A stretch of DNA of 64,000 nt from a virus. Each line of letters starts with the position of its first letter. Within the stretch, counting starts at the first letter, position 1. Both the position numbers and the translations under genes were made by a program. The notes below the pieces were generated by a model. It did no database searches, was not told the DNA's origin, and was given only the letters and a program-made list of their open reading frames with translations. The DNA is taken from positions 1 to 64,000 of IMG/VR virus record IMGVR_UViG_3300008517_000034. One strand, written 5' to 3'. Positions 1 to 8,159 of the stretch are shown here, piece by piece.

Positions 1-155
1 ATCCCCTCATTATACAACCTTACCCCGTATTCCTTAGGGAAGCCCTTAGGAATCTTCCGGCTCTCGGATAGTGAAATTATAAATTTAATATATTCTATCC
101 CCAGGGCCTTGGTCAGCAGGGCATCGAATATCTCTCCTTCTTTGTCTTTTCGCAT
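1..155 (-). CDS. Partial hypothetical protein (runs off window edge)
   Basis: ATG at 155 after GGAGG; open frame MRKDKEGEIFDALL... to the edge. Confidence 0.5.
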   Translation of the reverse strand, partial: MRKDKEGEIFDALLTKALGIEYIKFIISLSESRKIPKGFPKEYGVRLYNEG

Positions 156-189
156 CTTCCCTCCTTCTTTTTTTTAATTTTTTTTGAAA

Positions 190-238
190 AAAATAAAAAG
201 AGCAGACAAAACCAGTCCGGCTGGCTTTCTTTTGCCCT
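190..238 (-). terminator. Probable intrinsic terminator after HTH gene
   Basis: Minus strand GGGCA..AAAGCCAG-CCGGA-CTGGTTTT..TGCTC followed by a T-tract. Confidence 0.55.
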
Positions 239-240
239 AT

Positions 241-483
241 TTAATTCCCTTTTACCTCATGAGATTTAAGATTAATTGTCCTCCCCTTATTTAAAGAATA
301 ATTTCTCCCCAATAGGTGACTGAATATTCGATCAAGTTTTTTCAGCCGTTCGGGGTGGGGAATATGTTTTTCTTTTTCCCACCGAAAAATAGTTGATGGC
401 GAAACCCCAACTTTAGCTGCAAGTTGAGGTTGGGTTAATCTTGCTCTTTTTCTCAGTTTCTCTAAATTTTTAATATCTATCAT
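241..483 (-). CDS. XRE/Cro-family HTH transcriptional regulator
   Basis: LRKRARLTQPQLAAKVGVSPSTIFRWE is a classic HTH_3 pattern. Confidence 0.9.
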   Translation of the reverse strand: MIDIKNLEKLRKRARLTQPQLAAKVGVSPSTIFRWEKEKHIPHPERLKKLDRIFSHLLGRNYSLNKGRTINLKSHEVKGN

Positions 484-509
484 ATTATCTGCACCATCCT
501 TTTTAAATT

Positions 510-540
510 ATTTTAAGCTTTTTCATAGGCATTTGTCAAG
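510..540 (-). promoter_or_regulatory. Sigma70-type promoter of HTH gene (TTGACA-18-TAAAAT)
   Basis: CTTGACAAATGCCTATGAAAAAGCTTAAAAT; 27/31 identical to the promoter at 6426-6456. Confidence 0.75.
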
Positions 541-558
541 ATTTATCTCATGCCTCAT

Positions 559-1335
559 CTAGGCACGGCAGTCGAGCACGGTAACCAAATAGTCTTTGCT
601 CAAATATGGTTTGATAAAATGGTCATAAAAATTGAGCACCCAATTCCGTATCCTTTCTTCGGTCTCATCACTTATCCCGAAGTAGAGCATTCTCCCTCGG
701 CTATGCCATTTTCCGTCCGGGGTTACCACCGCAAAAGTGGTGAAGGTTAGATTTCGTTTGACAAATTCCTCTTTGGATCTATAAAACTTTTGGTAATATT
801 CTGCTTTATTGATTAACCAACTTCGAAACTCTTCCCGCTCTTTAGCAGTTATCTCTTCATCTTTTTTCATAACTGTATCCCATATTCTCTGGTAATATTT
901 TTTATCCTTCTTGGGATCAAGGAGATTACTCCAATCTACATCGCAGACCAGGCATCTATTACATCTGCTGCCATCTTTCTTTAGTAATAGATCTTCCCAT
1001 CTCCCTCCGACCGTGTAGTAATGCCATCGCCCGTTAGGGTTATGGGCAGTTAATAAATTCCCTTCTTTATCCCATATTCTGTTCTCACCCCAGTACCATC
1101 TCTTAAACCTCTCGAAGCTCATGCCGATAATATCGGCCTCTTTCTCCTGCTTTTTAGCAAAAAAACTGCCAGGTTTATTTTTAGCATCATCTTTTGCCTT
1201 TAAGTATTTTCTATAACAGCTCTCCTTAGTCTCTCTGATATAAGGTTTGATTACTAGTTCTTCACTATAAGGGGCCATTAATTCTGCTATATCCTGCTCC
1301 TCTCTATGGATAACTAAACAATTAAAAGAACTCAT
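559..1335 (-). CDS. Conserved phage/MGE hypothetical protein (NPNG-W-YY-GGRW ... FAVVTPDG-W type)
   Basis: 258-aa ORF with RBS; recurrent mobile-element motif pattern, function unknown. Confidence 0.7.
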   Translation of the reverse strand: MSSFNCLVIHREEQDIAELMAPYSEELVIKPYIRETKESCYRKYLKAKDDAKNKPGSFFAKKQEKEADIIGMSFERFKRWYWGENRIWDKEGNLLTAHNPNGRWHYYTVGGRWEDLLLKKDGSRCNRCLVCDVDWSNLLDPKKDKKYYQRIWDTVMKKDEEITAKEREEFRSWLINKAEYYQKFYRSKEEFVKRNLTFTTFAVVTPDGKWHSRGRMLYFGISDETEERIRNWVLNFYDHFIKPYLSKDYLVTVLDCRA

Positions 1336-1369
1336 TTTTTATCTTCTCCTTCTTTTTTTAATATTTATT

Positions 1370-1864
1370 TTATTGAATCTTAAATTTTTCGCTGTTTATC
1401 AATTTAAAATCTTCTTTCTTCTCTGGAATCGGGTGCTCTGGCTGGTAGCATTTTATGGTTATTTCTTTGCTTTCACTATCAGATATCACCTCATAGTAAT
1501 AAAATATATCTGGGTGAAACTCGTCATTATTACAAATCCCGTAGCCGGTAAGGATCATCCGCCTCTTCATTTCTGAAACATTGCTGGTCCCCCCTGCTAT
1601 TTCCAAATCTCTCTCTATCTGTTTTTCCATCTCCTTCTTGCTCCAGTAGATAAAATTAGCAGCCTGGTATTCTAGATCAAAATTCCTACCCTCGTTCCAT
1701 CCCAGAAATTCTTTCAGGTCTGGAATCACACTTTCCGGATGGCCATCGCTATGCCGGTATACCGTTCTCCTTCTGACTACCTTAACCAATTTCCCTTTTT
1801 CCGGTCCCTCTTTTTCCTCTCTAGTCGAAATGTTCATAAACTCTATCTGACATCTGGTAGACAT
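1370..1864 (-). CDS. Hypothetical protein (MSTR...Y-H-DG-P family)
   Basis: MSTRC and VYRHSDGHPE motifs; AGGAGG RBS. Confidence 0.7.
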   Translation of the reverse strand: MSTRCQIEFMNISTREEKEGPEKGKLVKVVRRRTVYRHSDGHPESVIPDLKEFLGWNEGRNFDLEYQAANFIYWSKKEMEKQIERDLEIAGGTSNVSEMKRRMILTGYGICNNDEFHPDIFYYYEVISDSESKEITIKCYQPEHPIPEKKEDFKLINSEKFKIQ

Positions 1865-1950
1865 TTTTAAGTTCCTCCTTTCTTTTTTTAATTTTTTTAT
1901 CCTTTAATATCCTCTTAAACTCTTGCCAGTATATATTCGGGCTTAAGCAT

Positions 1951-2133
1951 TTACTCCTTGATCTCTTCATATCTCTCTGGGTTTAGTTTCACCCTTTTAA
2001 TATGTTTGCATTCCTGCCTCCTGAACTTCCAGACCGGGCAAGAACAGCCCCATTCGTTTTTATCTGATAATGAAACTACATAACTGCCATTGCCGCTCTC
2101 ACTTTTAATGTTCCATTTTTTGATCCATTTCAT
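1951..2133 (-). CDS. SWIM zinc-finger protein
   Basis: YVV...CSCP..(10)..CKH pattern. Confidence 0.75.
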   Translation of the reverse strand: MKWIKKWNIKSESGNGSYVVSLSDKNEWGCSCPVWKFRRQECKHIKRVKLNPERYEEIKE

Positions 2134-2576
2134 TTAAAAGCCTCCACTAGTTCTTTATAATTTTTCATAATATAGATACAATCTCCCCTGGTTAGTTCTA
2201 CCTCAAAAATCTTATCAGCTGCTTCTATTACATTTGCGATATTAAACATATTGGTTATGCCTGACTTCTGCACTTTTACATAGGCCCTAAATTTTTCCTT
2301 ACTTACCGCCTTTATTTTCTTCTCTCTTCTTTTAAATTTTTTTAAAAAATCTCTATCTATCTCGCTAGCAGAAACTCCGATTATCGCCGGGTCTTCTGGC
2401 CAGCTAAATTCGTAGTGCTTCTTTAATCTCTTCATAGTATCTTTTACATAAGGATCTCCACCGGTCAAGAAGGCCAGCAAAGAATCAGATTCCACATAAC
2501 AAAAGGTGAATCCTAAATTTTTTAGGGTCTCGTAGAGTTCTTCTCTCTCTTTTCTCCAGATCAAAGCAGTGTACAT
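2130..2576 (-). CDS. Hypothetical protein with C-terminal DUF5049-like domain
   Basis: VQKSGITNMFN...YIMKNYKEL; paralogous segment in 5493..5801. Confidence 0.6.
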   Translation of the reverse strand: MYTALIWRKEREELYETLKNLGFTFCYVESDSLLAFLTGGDPYVKDTMKRLKKHYEFSWPEDPAIIGVSASEIDRDFLKKFKRREKKIKAVSKEKFRAYVKVQKSGITNMFNIANVIEAADKIFEVELTRGDCIYIMKNYKELVEAFK

Positions 2577-2621
2577 CTAACCGGGTCTCTTCTTCACCTC
2601 TTATAAATTGGGTAAATTTTC

Positions 2622-2876
2622 TCATTTTAAAAAATCCTCCACAATGTTTTGGTCCTGTCTCTTGCAGGCAGCAACGATTTTAGTATCTTTTAAGCCTACA
2701 TTGATTATTCTAGCAACCTCAAATTCTGATAATGCTACGATACACTGACTTTTCCCAGAATCATAAGTTAATTTTAACCAGAAAATGCCCTCAGTATTAT
2801 CCACCGTCAGAATACCTTTAACCTGTGAATATTCTGGTATCTTTTTACCTCTGGTTATTATTTTCATATATTCCAT
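2622..2876 (-). CDS. Hypothetical protein
   Basis: ORF track; AAGGAG RBS. Confidence 0.55.
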   Translation of the reverse strand: MEYMKIITRGKKIPEYSQVKGILTVDNTEGIFWLKLTYDSGKSQCIVALSEFEVARIINVGLKDTKIVAACKRQDQNIVEDFLK

Positions 2877-3720
2877 CTCCTTTAGTTCCTAATATATAAT
2901 CTACCGCCTTCTGTGCTTGGGCCGAGGCAGAGATTATTAAGGTCGAATCATTGTTGAGCCTCTTTAGCCAGCCCTGGATGTAGGCAGCAGAATTATTGAT
3001 AGTCTTATTCTCTATTCTGCATAAGGCACAGAGGAAGCTCGCTCCTATCTCCGCGACCAGTTCCTCTTTGCTATATTTTTCACTACTAAAACCATTTCCC
3101 TTAGAATCTTTTCTATTGAGTCTTGTCTCGTGTCCGGTCGAGTGGATCAGCTCGTGAAATTTAGAAGAATAATATTTCTCCATATCTTTAAACTCTTTCT
3201 TTGAAGGGATTTTTAATATATCTAATTTAGGATTATAAGCAGCCCTGTTTCCACCTTCCTTAATGGCCGGTGGGTTGGGCATATTAAGAAGAATGTCCTC
3301 GCATTCTTTTGACTGTTTACCATTGCCATAGTCCGGTAACGGGATAGTAGTTTGATCCAGATTGAATATATTGTAGTATCTTAGAGCAAACCTTAACTCT
3401 TTCTTCGGTTCTCCGGTCTCTTCGTTGATCACAAGATTCCCGTCTTTATCCCGGGCCTCTACTTCATACCGCCTAAAAAATATCACCATGTCGGCCCGGC
3501 TCCCCTTCTTTACACTCTCTCTAAGATTCCTGACCTGCCTGAAGGTCACAAATTCACTTGATTGGTGTTCCTCCATGCTGAGCAGTAAAAGATTTATGCC
3601 GTGGTATCCTCGTTTGGTTATGTAGTTTCGTAGGCCTATCCAGGGCTTCTCCCAGGGAATTATCCCTTGGTTTAGCTTATCGATAATCTTTTGGGTTATG
3701 ATCTTATAAACTTTATTCAC
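2845..3720 (-). CDS. ardC: ArdC-like antirestriction protein (ssDNA-binding domain + zincin metallopeptidase)
   Basis: IPWEKPW, YHGINLLLL, FNLDQT, HELIHSTGH, YSKEELVAEIGA, SAAYIQGW motifs. Confidence 0.9.
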   Translation of the reverse strand: MNKVYKIITQKIIDKLNQGIIPWEKPWIGLRNYITKRGYHGINLLLLSMEEHQSSEFVTFRQVRNLRESVKKGSRADMVIFFRRYEVEARDKDGNLVINEETGEPKKELRFALRYYNIFNLDQTTIPLPDYGNGKQSKECEDILLNMPNPPAIKEGGNRAAYNPKLDILKIPSKKEFKDMEKYYSSKFHELIHSTGHETRLNRKDSKGNGFSSEKYSKEELVAEIGASFLCALCRIENKTINNSAAYIQGWLKRLNNDSTLIISASAQAQKAVDYILGTKGDGIYENNNQR

Positions 3721-3726
3721 TTTAGA

Positions 3727-4197
3727 TCATCTCCTAAATACTTTATTACAAAGACTATTTAACATAGCTCCTGTTCTCTTTCCTCTTTTTGCTAATTTCT
3801 GGCATTCGGTTTTATCGGGCATTTCCTTTTCTGCTTCTTTCTTTGTCTTGGCCTTTATTATCGATTTGGGATTGAAATCTCTTAGAGTTGCCGGTTTGAA
3901 TTTTCTCCAACTCGTTGCTAGTAATAGTCTGTGCTCTTTTTTCAGGTTCTCGATAGCAGTCTCTATCTTTTCTAATTTCCCATCGATGTCTTTGTCTATT
4001 ACTTTTACATTTTTAAGGTCGGCATTATACATACCCCATATCCTTGCTCCATGGTGTCTTATATGCGGACCATAGGGCGGTTTGCTAGACATCGAAATAC
4101 ATTCGTATCCCTTTGTTTCTACTATGATTTTCATTCTCGGATCTAATATCTTTATATTAAGTACCCTTCCCCTTCTTTGAGCTACAGCATATCTCAT
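3727..4197 (-). CDS. Hypothetical basic protein
   Basis: 156-aa ORF with AGGAGG upstream, just downstream of a hammerhead-like RNA. Confidence 0.65.
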   Translation of the reverse strand: MRYAVAQRRGRVLNIKILDPRMKIIVETKGYECISMSSKPPYGPHIRHHGARIWGMYNADLKNVKVIDKDIDGKLEKIETAIENLKKEHRLLLATSWRKFKPATLRDFNPKSIIKAKTKKEAEKEMPDKTECQKLAKRGKRTGAMLNSLCNKVFRR

Positions 4198-4221
4198 TAT
4201 CCTTTTCCTCCTTTTCCTTTC

Positions 4222-4287
4222 TTGGTCAATCTCTTCATAGCCGGGTAACCAATCCCAGCGACTCCGGTTAGTCCGGAGTTTCGATTT
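4222..4287 (-). ncRNA. Type II hammerhead ribozyme-like RNA with variant core
   Basis: AATC-GAAA-CTCCGG(ACTAA)CCGGA-GTC^-GCTGGG(ATTGGTTA)CCCGGC-TATGAAGA-GAT-TGACCAA; stems I, II, III plus 7-bp loop-I pseudoknot; core reads UAUGAAGA instead of CUGANGA. Confidence 0.7.
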
Positions 4288-4468
4288 CTAAATCTTTATC
4301 TTCAAGTTCAGTTATAAAATAAAGTTTTATTTCTCCTTCTTCCCCATACCGCATCCTTATCCTGACTTCATCTAGGTTTGCACCGGTAAGTTTTTCCTTA
4401 TCGAGCAGGTCCGCTATCTTATCTTGTAATGATCGAGACAATTTTACCTTTGTAACTTTCCTCTTCAT
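4268..4468 (-). CDS. Small hypothetical protein
   Basis: ORF track; ATGA overlap with the upstream gene; stop codon lies in hammerhead loop III. Confidence 0.65.
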   Translation of the reverse strand: MKRKVTKVKLSRSLQDKIADLLDKEKLTGANLDEVRIRMRYGEEGEIKLYFITELEDKDLEIETPD

Positions 4469-4725
4469 TTTGTATACCCCCCTTCAAATTTGAAACTCGG
4501 AGTCTTTCCTTCGTCTAAGGTAAAAGATAAGTCTACCAATTTTCTGGTCTTCTCTAATCCATAAGCGTCTTTTAATCCTTCTAAATAATAGTTATATTTT
4601 GCGTTCGCTACGTCTACCTCTTTACAATCCTTATTTTCTTTAAGTGTTTGCCTTGCATCGTCTAATAATTTTTTTATTTTCCTGGCTATTCTTCTATCCT
4701 TGTTTTCTAAAACCTCATTTTTCAT
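4465..4725 (-). CDS. Small hypothetical protein
   Basis: ORF track; AAGGAGG RBS. Confidence 0.7.
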   Translation of the reverse strand: MKNEVLENKDRRIARKIKKLLDDARQTLKENKDCKEVDVANAKYNYYLEGLKDAYGLEKTRKLVDLSFTLDEGKTPSFKFEGGYTK

Positions 4726-4763
4726 TTTTAAATCCTCCTTTATTTGATTTCACCAGCAAGGCA

Positions 4764-4937
4764 TTAACCCCGCTTTTCTGCTTTCTTTTTTGTCTTTTTA
4801 TTAACTCTATCAATCTTAAAAGTCGTACCGGTATACTTCTTTTTAAGTCTCCTGAGATGCCTTTCAGCTATCTTGATGTTTTTGTAATTCCCTTCAATAG
4901 TTTTGACGTTCTTTACTTTGGCAGTTATTGAATACAT
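4764..4937 (-). CDS. Small basic hypothetical protein (57 aa, not in ORF track)
   Basis: AAGGAGG-7nt-ATG; MYSITAKVKNVKTIEGNYKNIK...KAEKRG*. Confidence 0.6.
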   Translation of the reverse strand: MYSITAKVKNVKTIEGNYKNIKIAERHLRRLKKKYTGTTFKIDRVNKKTKKKAEKRG

Positions 4938-4953
4938 TTTAAATCCTCCTTAA

Positions 4954-5169
4954 TTATTTATCCCTTCCTAAATAACCTATTAATATTGCTCCACATTTTA
5001 GACATTTAGCCTCACGATTTTCAAGACGGACATTGTCCTGATCTGGTAATTCTTGAAGATATTTTTTTGGATGTTTACATTCCTGTTTAAAATGCTCTTC
5101 TGCTAAATTGTTTAATAAGTTGCAAAGTTTCTTGTTGATTCTGCGGTTAAATACTTTCTTATTTTTCAT
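4954..5169 (-). CDS. Small zinc-ribbon-like protein
   Basis: CKHP...CLKCG motif. Confidence 0.6.
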   Translation of the reverse strand: MKNKKVFNRRINKKLCNLLNNLAEEHFKQECKHPKKYLQELPDQDNVRLENREAKCLKCGAILIGYLGRDK

Positions 5170-5411
5170 TTAAGAATTCTCCTTAATCTTTTTATATTGA
5201 TGTCCTGATATATTTTTTCTGCATCAGATTTATTATTATATATTCCAAACCAACTTTTATTATTTTCACCTTCCAGATAGTAAGGAAACCAATATACCTC
5301 TACCATATATCGATCACTTTTTAAAAGGTTAAATTGTGCTTTCCAGTATCCGGTTTTATATTTTTTTATACATTTCGAGCTGATAACATCTTTGATGTCT
5401 AATCCTTCCAT
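5166..5411 (-). CDS. Small hypothetical protein (start revised to MEGLD)
   Basis: AAGGAG RBS 8 nt before ATG at 5411; the upstream ATG at 5441 lies inside the hammerhead core. Confidence 0.65.
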   Translation of the reverse strand: MEGLDIKDVISSKCIKKYKTGYWKAQFNLLKSDRYMVEVYWFPYYLEGENNKSWFGIYNNKSDAEKIYQDINIKRLRRILK

Positions 5412-5426
5412 TAAAAATTCTCCTTT

Positions 5427-5491
5427 ATTAGCCATTCTCATCAGTACGGATCGGCTAACCTCCGCAGACCCGGCGCTACCCGGGTTTCGAT
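5427..5491 (-). ncRNA. Type II hammerhead ribozyme with loop-I pseudoknot
   Basis: TC-GAAA-CCCGG(GTAGCG)CCGG-GTC^-TGCGGA(GGTTAGCCGA)TCCGTA-CTGATGA-GA-AT-GGCTAAT; intact core (CUGAUGA, GAAA, GUC); loop GTTAGCC pairs with downstream GGCTAAT; predicted cleavage between 5467 and 5466. Confidence 0.9.
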
Positions 5492-5492
5492 T

Positions 5493-5801
5493 TTAGTCTC
5501 TTATAAACTTAAACCGTCTGCTCACTTCCCGGTATCTATTCGCGATGTTGCGTACCTTATCTTTGCTCAATCCTGAGAGCTTTGATACCAGGGTTATGTC
5601 TGACATGTCGATAGCCCCACTTCTCTGGATCCTGGCGTAGGCTTCAAAATCTTTTTTGGTTATCTTAGTCATCTCTGAGATTCCTCCATTTCCGTTTTTT
5701 GATTTCCGGTCCTTCTGTCTATACAGATATAGTCTTCTGGTAAAATCTTCTAAGTCTTTCTTATCTATTGATTTGTTTAGGGATCTTATTTCAACTTGCA
5801 T
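5493..5801 (-). CDS. Hypothetical protein with DUF5049-like C-terminus
   Basis: FEAYARIQRSGAIDM resembles FRAYVKVQKSGITNM in 2130..2576. Confidence 0.6.
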   Translation of the reverse strand: MQVEIRSLNKSIDKKDLEDFTRRLYLYRQKDRKSKNGNGGISEMTKITKKDFEAYARIQRSGAIDMSDITLVSKLSGLSKDKVRNIANRYREVSRRFKFIRD

Positions 5802-6171
5802 TAATCTTCCTCCTTGGATTATCTAGATAATAAAATTTCATCTTGTAGCTATTAAAATCTTTACCCGGTATAATCACGACTTTTTTTAAATCTTTTCCCA
5901 TTAAATTCTTGTTAAGATATTCTTCGAGTACCTCATTAAGGGAAGAGAATAGGCCATCTGGGATAGTAATTTCTTCAAATTCCTTATCCTCTAAAAATAC
6001 ATCTAATACTTCCTTCATCTTATTGACTGTATGATTTCTAAATCCAGCGACTGATATTCCTTCCCTGGTAAGTTTTCCGGTTCTCTTATTCTTGTAGGAT
6101 TGTAAGTCCTCCGCAACATTAACCTCTTCTTTCATAATTAATCGTTGAGCCTTTCTTAATTCAGAATTCAT
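5791..6171 (-). CDS. Hypothetical protein
   Basis: ORF track; GGAGG RBS. Confidence 0.65.
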   Translation of the reverse strand: MNSELRKAQRLIMKEEVNVAEDLQSYKNKRTGKLTREGISVAGFRNHTVNKMKEVLDVFLEDKEFEEITIPDGLFSSLNEVLEEYLNKNLMGKDLKKVVIIPGKDFNSYKMKFYYLDNPRRKINAS

Positions 6172-6387
6172 TTAATTAACCTCCCTCAAATTTAGATTTT
6201 CTAATTCCTCGAGCTCATCTTCTTTATTTGATAACTCAAGAGCCATTTCATACCTTCTCGCTTGCTCTTGGGCGTTAAATTTGACATTATGTAATGTGCT
6301 TCTATTCACTCCGCTGTCCCTAAGCTCCCTTCTTAGTTTTTCTAACTCCCTTTTTAGCTCTTCTATCCTTCTTTCCGTATTTGTCAT
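6172..6387 (-). CDS. Small coiled-coil protein, first gene of the early operon
   Basis: ORF track; directly downstream of a consensus promoter. Confidence 0.65.
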   Translation of the reverse strand: MTNTERRIEELKRELEKLRRELRDSGVNRSTLHNVKFNAQEQARRYEMALELSNKEDELEELENLNLREVN

Positions 6388-6425
6388 TTCCGTTCCCTCT
6401 CTTATTTCTCTATCTCTCTAATTAC

Positions 6426-6456
6426 ATTATAAGCGTTTGCATAGTCATTTGTCAAG
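6426..6456 (-). promoter_or_regulatory. Strong sigma70-type promoter (TTGACA-18-TATAAT)
   Basis: Perfect -35 and -10 hexamers: CTTGACAAATGACTATGCAAACGCTTATAAT. Confidence 0.85.
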
Positions 6457-6775
6457 TCTTTTATGAAAAAAAAGCCATATTTTTCAATATTTTCCGAATA
6501 TTTTTGCAATGTCGTTAGTTTTCTCTTATTTAAGCCGTCTGGGAAAATTTAGGCCTTCAAATTTCGCTTTTAAGCCCCCTCTTTTGCCCCACCATAGCCA
6601 ATGATACCAACCCTTTCCAAATAATCGCACAGGGGCCATCCTGGTGCGCTTTCAAAAATCGCTGAAACTCTTATAAACAAAGCATTACATTGATTTTCGG
6701 CAAAAATGATCCCAAAAATCACCTTTATTTAAGCTGGAATATCCGGAGGATTCTTGATTTTTTAGCAGAATAAAT

Positions 6776-6815
6776 AAAAAAAAGCTACTGGGATTTAAAT
6801 ATCCCGGTAGCTTTC
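6776..6815 (-). terminator. Intrinsic terminator ending the late/lysis operon
   Basis: AAAGCTACCGGGAT-ATTTAA-ATCCCAGTAGCTTT followed by a T-tract. Confidence 0.8.
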
Positions 6816-6900
6816 GGAGAATTAGTAAAGAATCTTTAGAACATATGTCCGAAGTCTCTCTTCTTCTTTTTGGGCACGCTGTAACTAAACATGCCCTTCT

Positions 6901-7170
6901 TTAAGGGTTTGGTAGAAGTTCCGGCATAAACTTCTTAACCATTGACATAGTAAACGCCTTCTCCAATTTTGTCTTTCCCACATTGTCAAATTTGAAAGAA
7001 GTATTATCGACTACTTTTTGCAAATTGGTATCAAGAGTGGCAACTGCCGGATCGGTAAGAACCTCAGCATCACCCTTTTCAATCAAGCCACAAATAATAC
7101 CATCAAGCCAGTCCCAAGGGATTGTAAATCCCGGAAAGACTTCTATTCCGACTTCTGTTGTTTTAACCAT
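6901..7170 (-). CDS. Hypothetical protein
   Basis: ORF track; AGGAGG RBS. Confidence 0.65.
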   Translation of the reverse strand: MVKTTEVGIEVFPGFTIPWDWLDGIICGLIEKGDAEVLTDPAVATLDTNLQKVVDNTSFKFDNVGKTKLEKAFTMSMVKKFMPELLPNP

Positions 7171-7381
7171 TATTTAAACCTCCTTTCTTTTTTTAATTCT
7201 ATTCTGGTTTAGTAAAATACCAAAACAATCCAGCTATTACAGCGACTATTGCCGCCCACCAATACCAAGCTAATTCTACCATAACAGATTCCTCCTCTCA
7301 CTTCTTAAACGAAGTATTCTAATAGGCTAATCCACCACAAAAAATATATAATCCCTAATGCACCGCCTATAAGCCATTGTA

Positions 7382-7720
7382 TTATTCCCATAAAAATTCA
7401 CCTCTCTCTAAAATTCTCGGCTTGCCGGATGAGTTGATTAGATAATTCTCTCCTACTTCTTCAATCCATCTTTTCAAATCCCAACTCTGCTCCTGCATAA
7501 TTCTTTTTTGATGTTTAGCCTTTAACTGATTCCGCAATTTTGCATTTCTGTGTATAGAATTACTATCGGTTACATGACATCCCCAGCAGGGCCAGATAAT
7601 AGCATTATACCTTTCAGAAAACTTTCTCATGGCCTTTGTTCTGCCAAATATATGGTGCCTTGATACGGTTGTATATTGATGGCAAAAAGGGCATATATCT
7701 TCTTTAAATGCTCTGATCAA
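7382..7720 (-). CDS. HNH-like zinc-binding protein
   Basis: CPFC...HHIFG...CWGCH...IH. Confidence 0.65.
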   Translation of the reverse strand: MIRAFKEDICPFCHQYTTVSRHHIFGRTKAMRKFSERYNAIIWPCWGCHVTDSNSIHRNAKLRNQLKAKHQKRIMQEQSWDLKRWIEEVGENYLINSSGKPRILERGEFLWE

Positions 7721-7764
7721 TACTGTCTTCTTCTAGCTGTCATATTCAAAAATTTATATCCCTT

Positions 7765-7980
7765 TTATAAATATTCCCAGGAAATCCATCCAAAAACAAT
7801 CCCGATCAAAACCCCAGAGAGAATAATCCATCTTGCCTTTACTATTATATGACGCCCTGTTCTGTTTAAATACCAGATCGCCAAGTAGATAACCGGAACA
7901 GTTATTGCTAAACTAATCAAAATTCTAGTTCCGAAAAACCAAACTAAAGCAAATATAGCATATAAAAACATCTCTTCCAT
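7765..7980 (-). CDS. Small membrane protein
   Basis: Two to three hydrophobic segments. Confidence 0.55.
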   Translation of the reverse strand: MEEMFLYAIFALVWFFGTRILISLAITVPVIYLAIWYLNRTGRHIIVKARWIILSGVLIGIVFGWISWEYL

Positions 7981-8159
7981 AATTCTTCACTCCCTTCCTT
8001 ACCCTAAATCAATTTCAATATACAAACCCAAAATATATATCAAGAAGAAATCACCATGCACTTCAAAATAACCATCAAATATATTATCATCTCTAAATGC
8101 CCATATTTTGAACTCGAATCCAGTCCACTCAATCCTTCTTAATTTCATGATTATTTCTC

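Noticed and set aside
1905-1955. Possible twister-like or other ribozyme in this intergenic gap
   Set aside because: Only a weak CTTAAGC/GTTTAAG hairpin; conserved catalytic nucleotides could not be placed.
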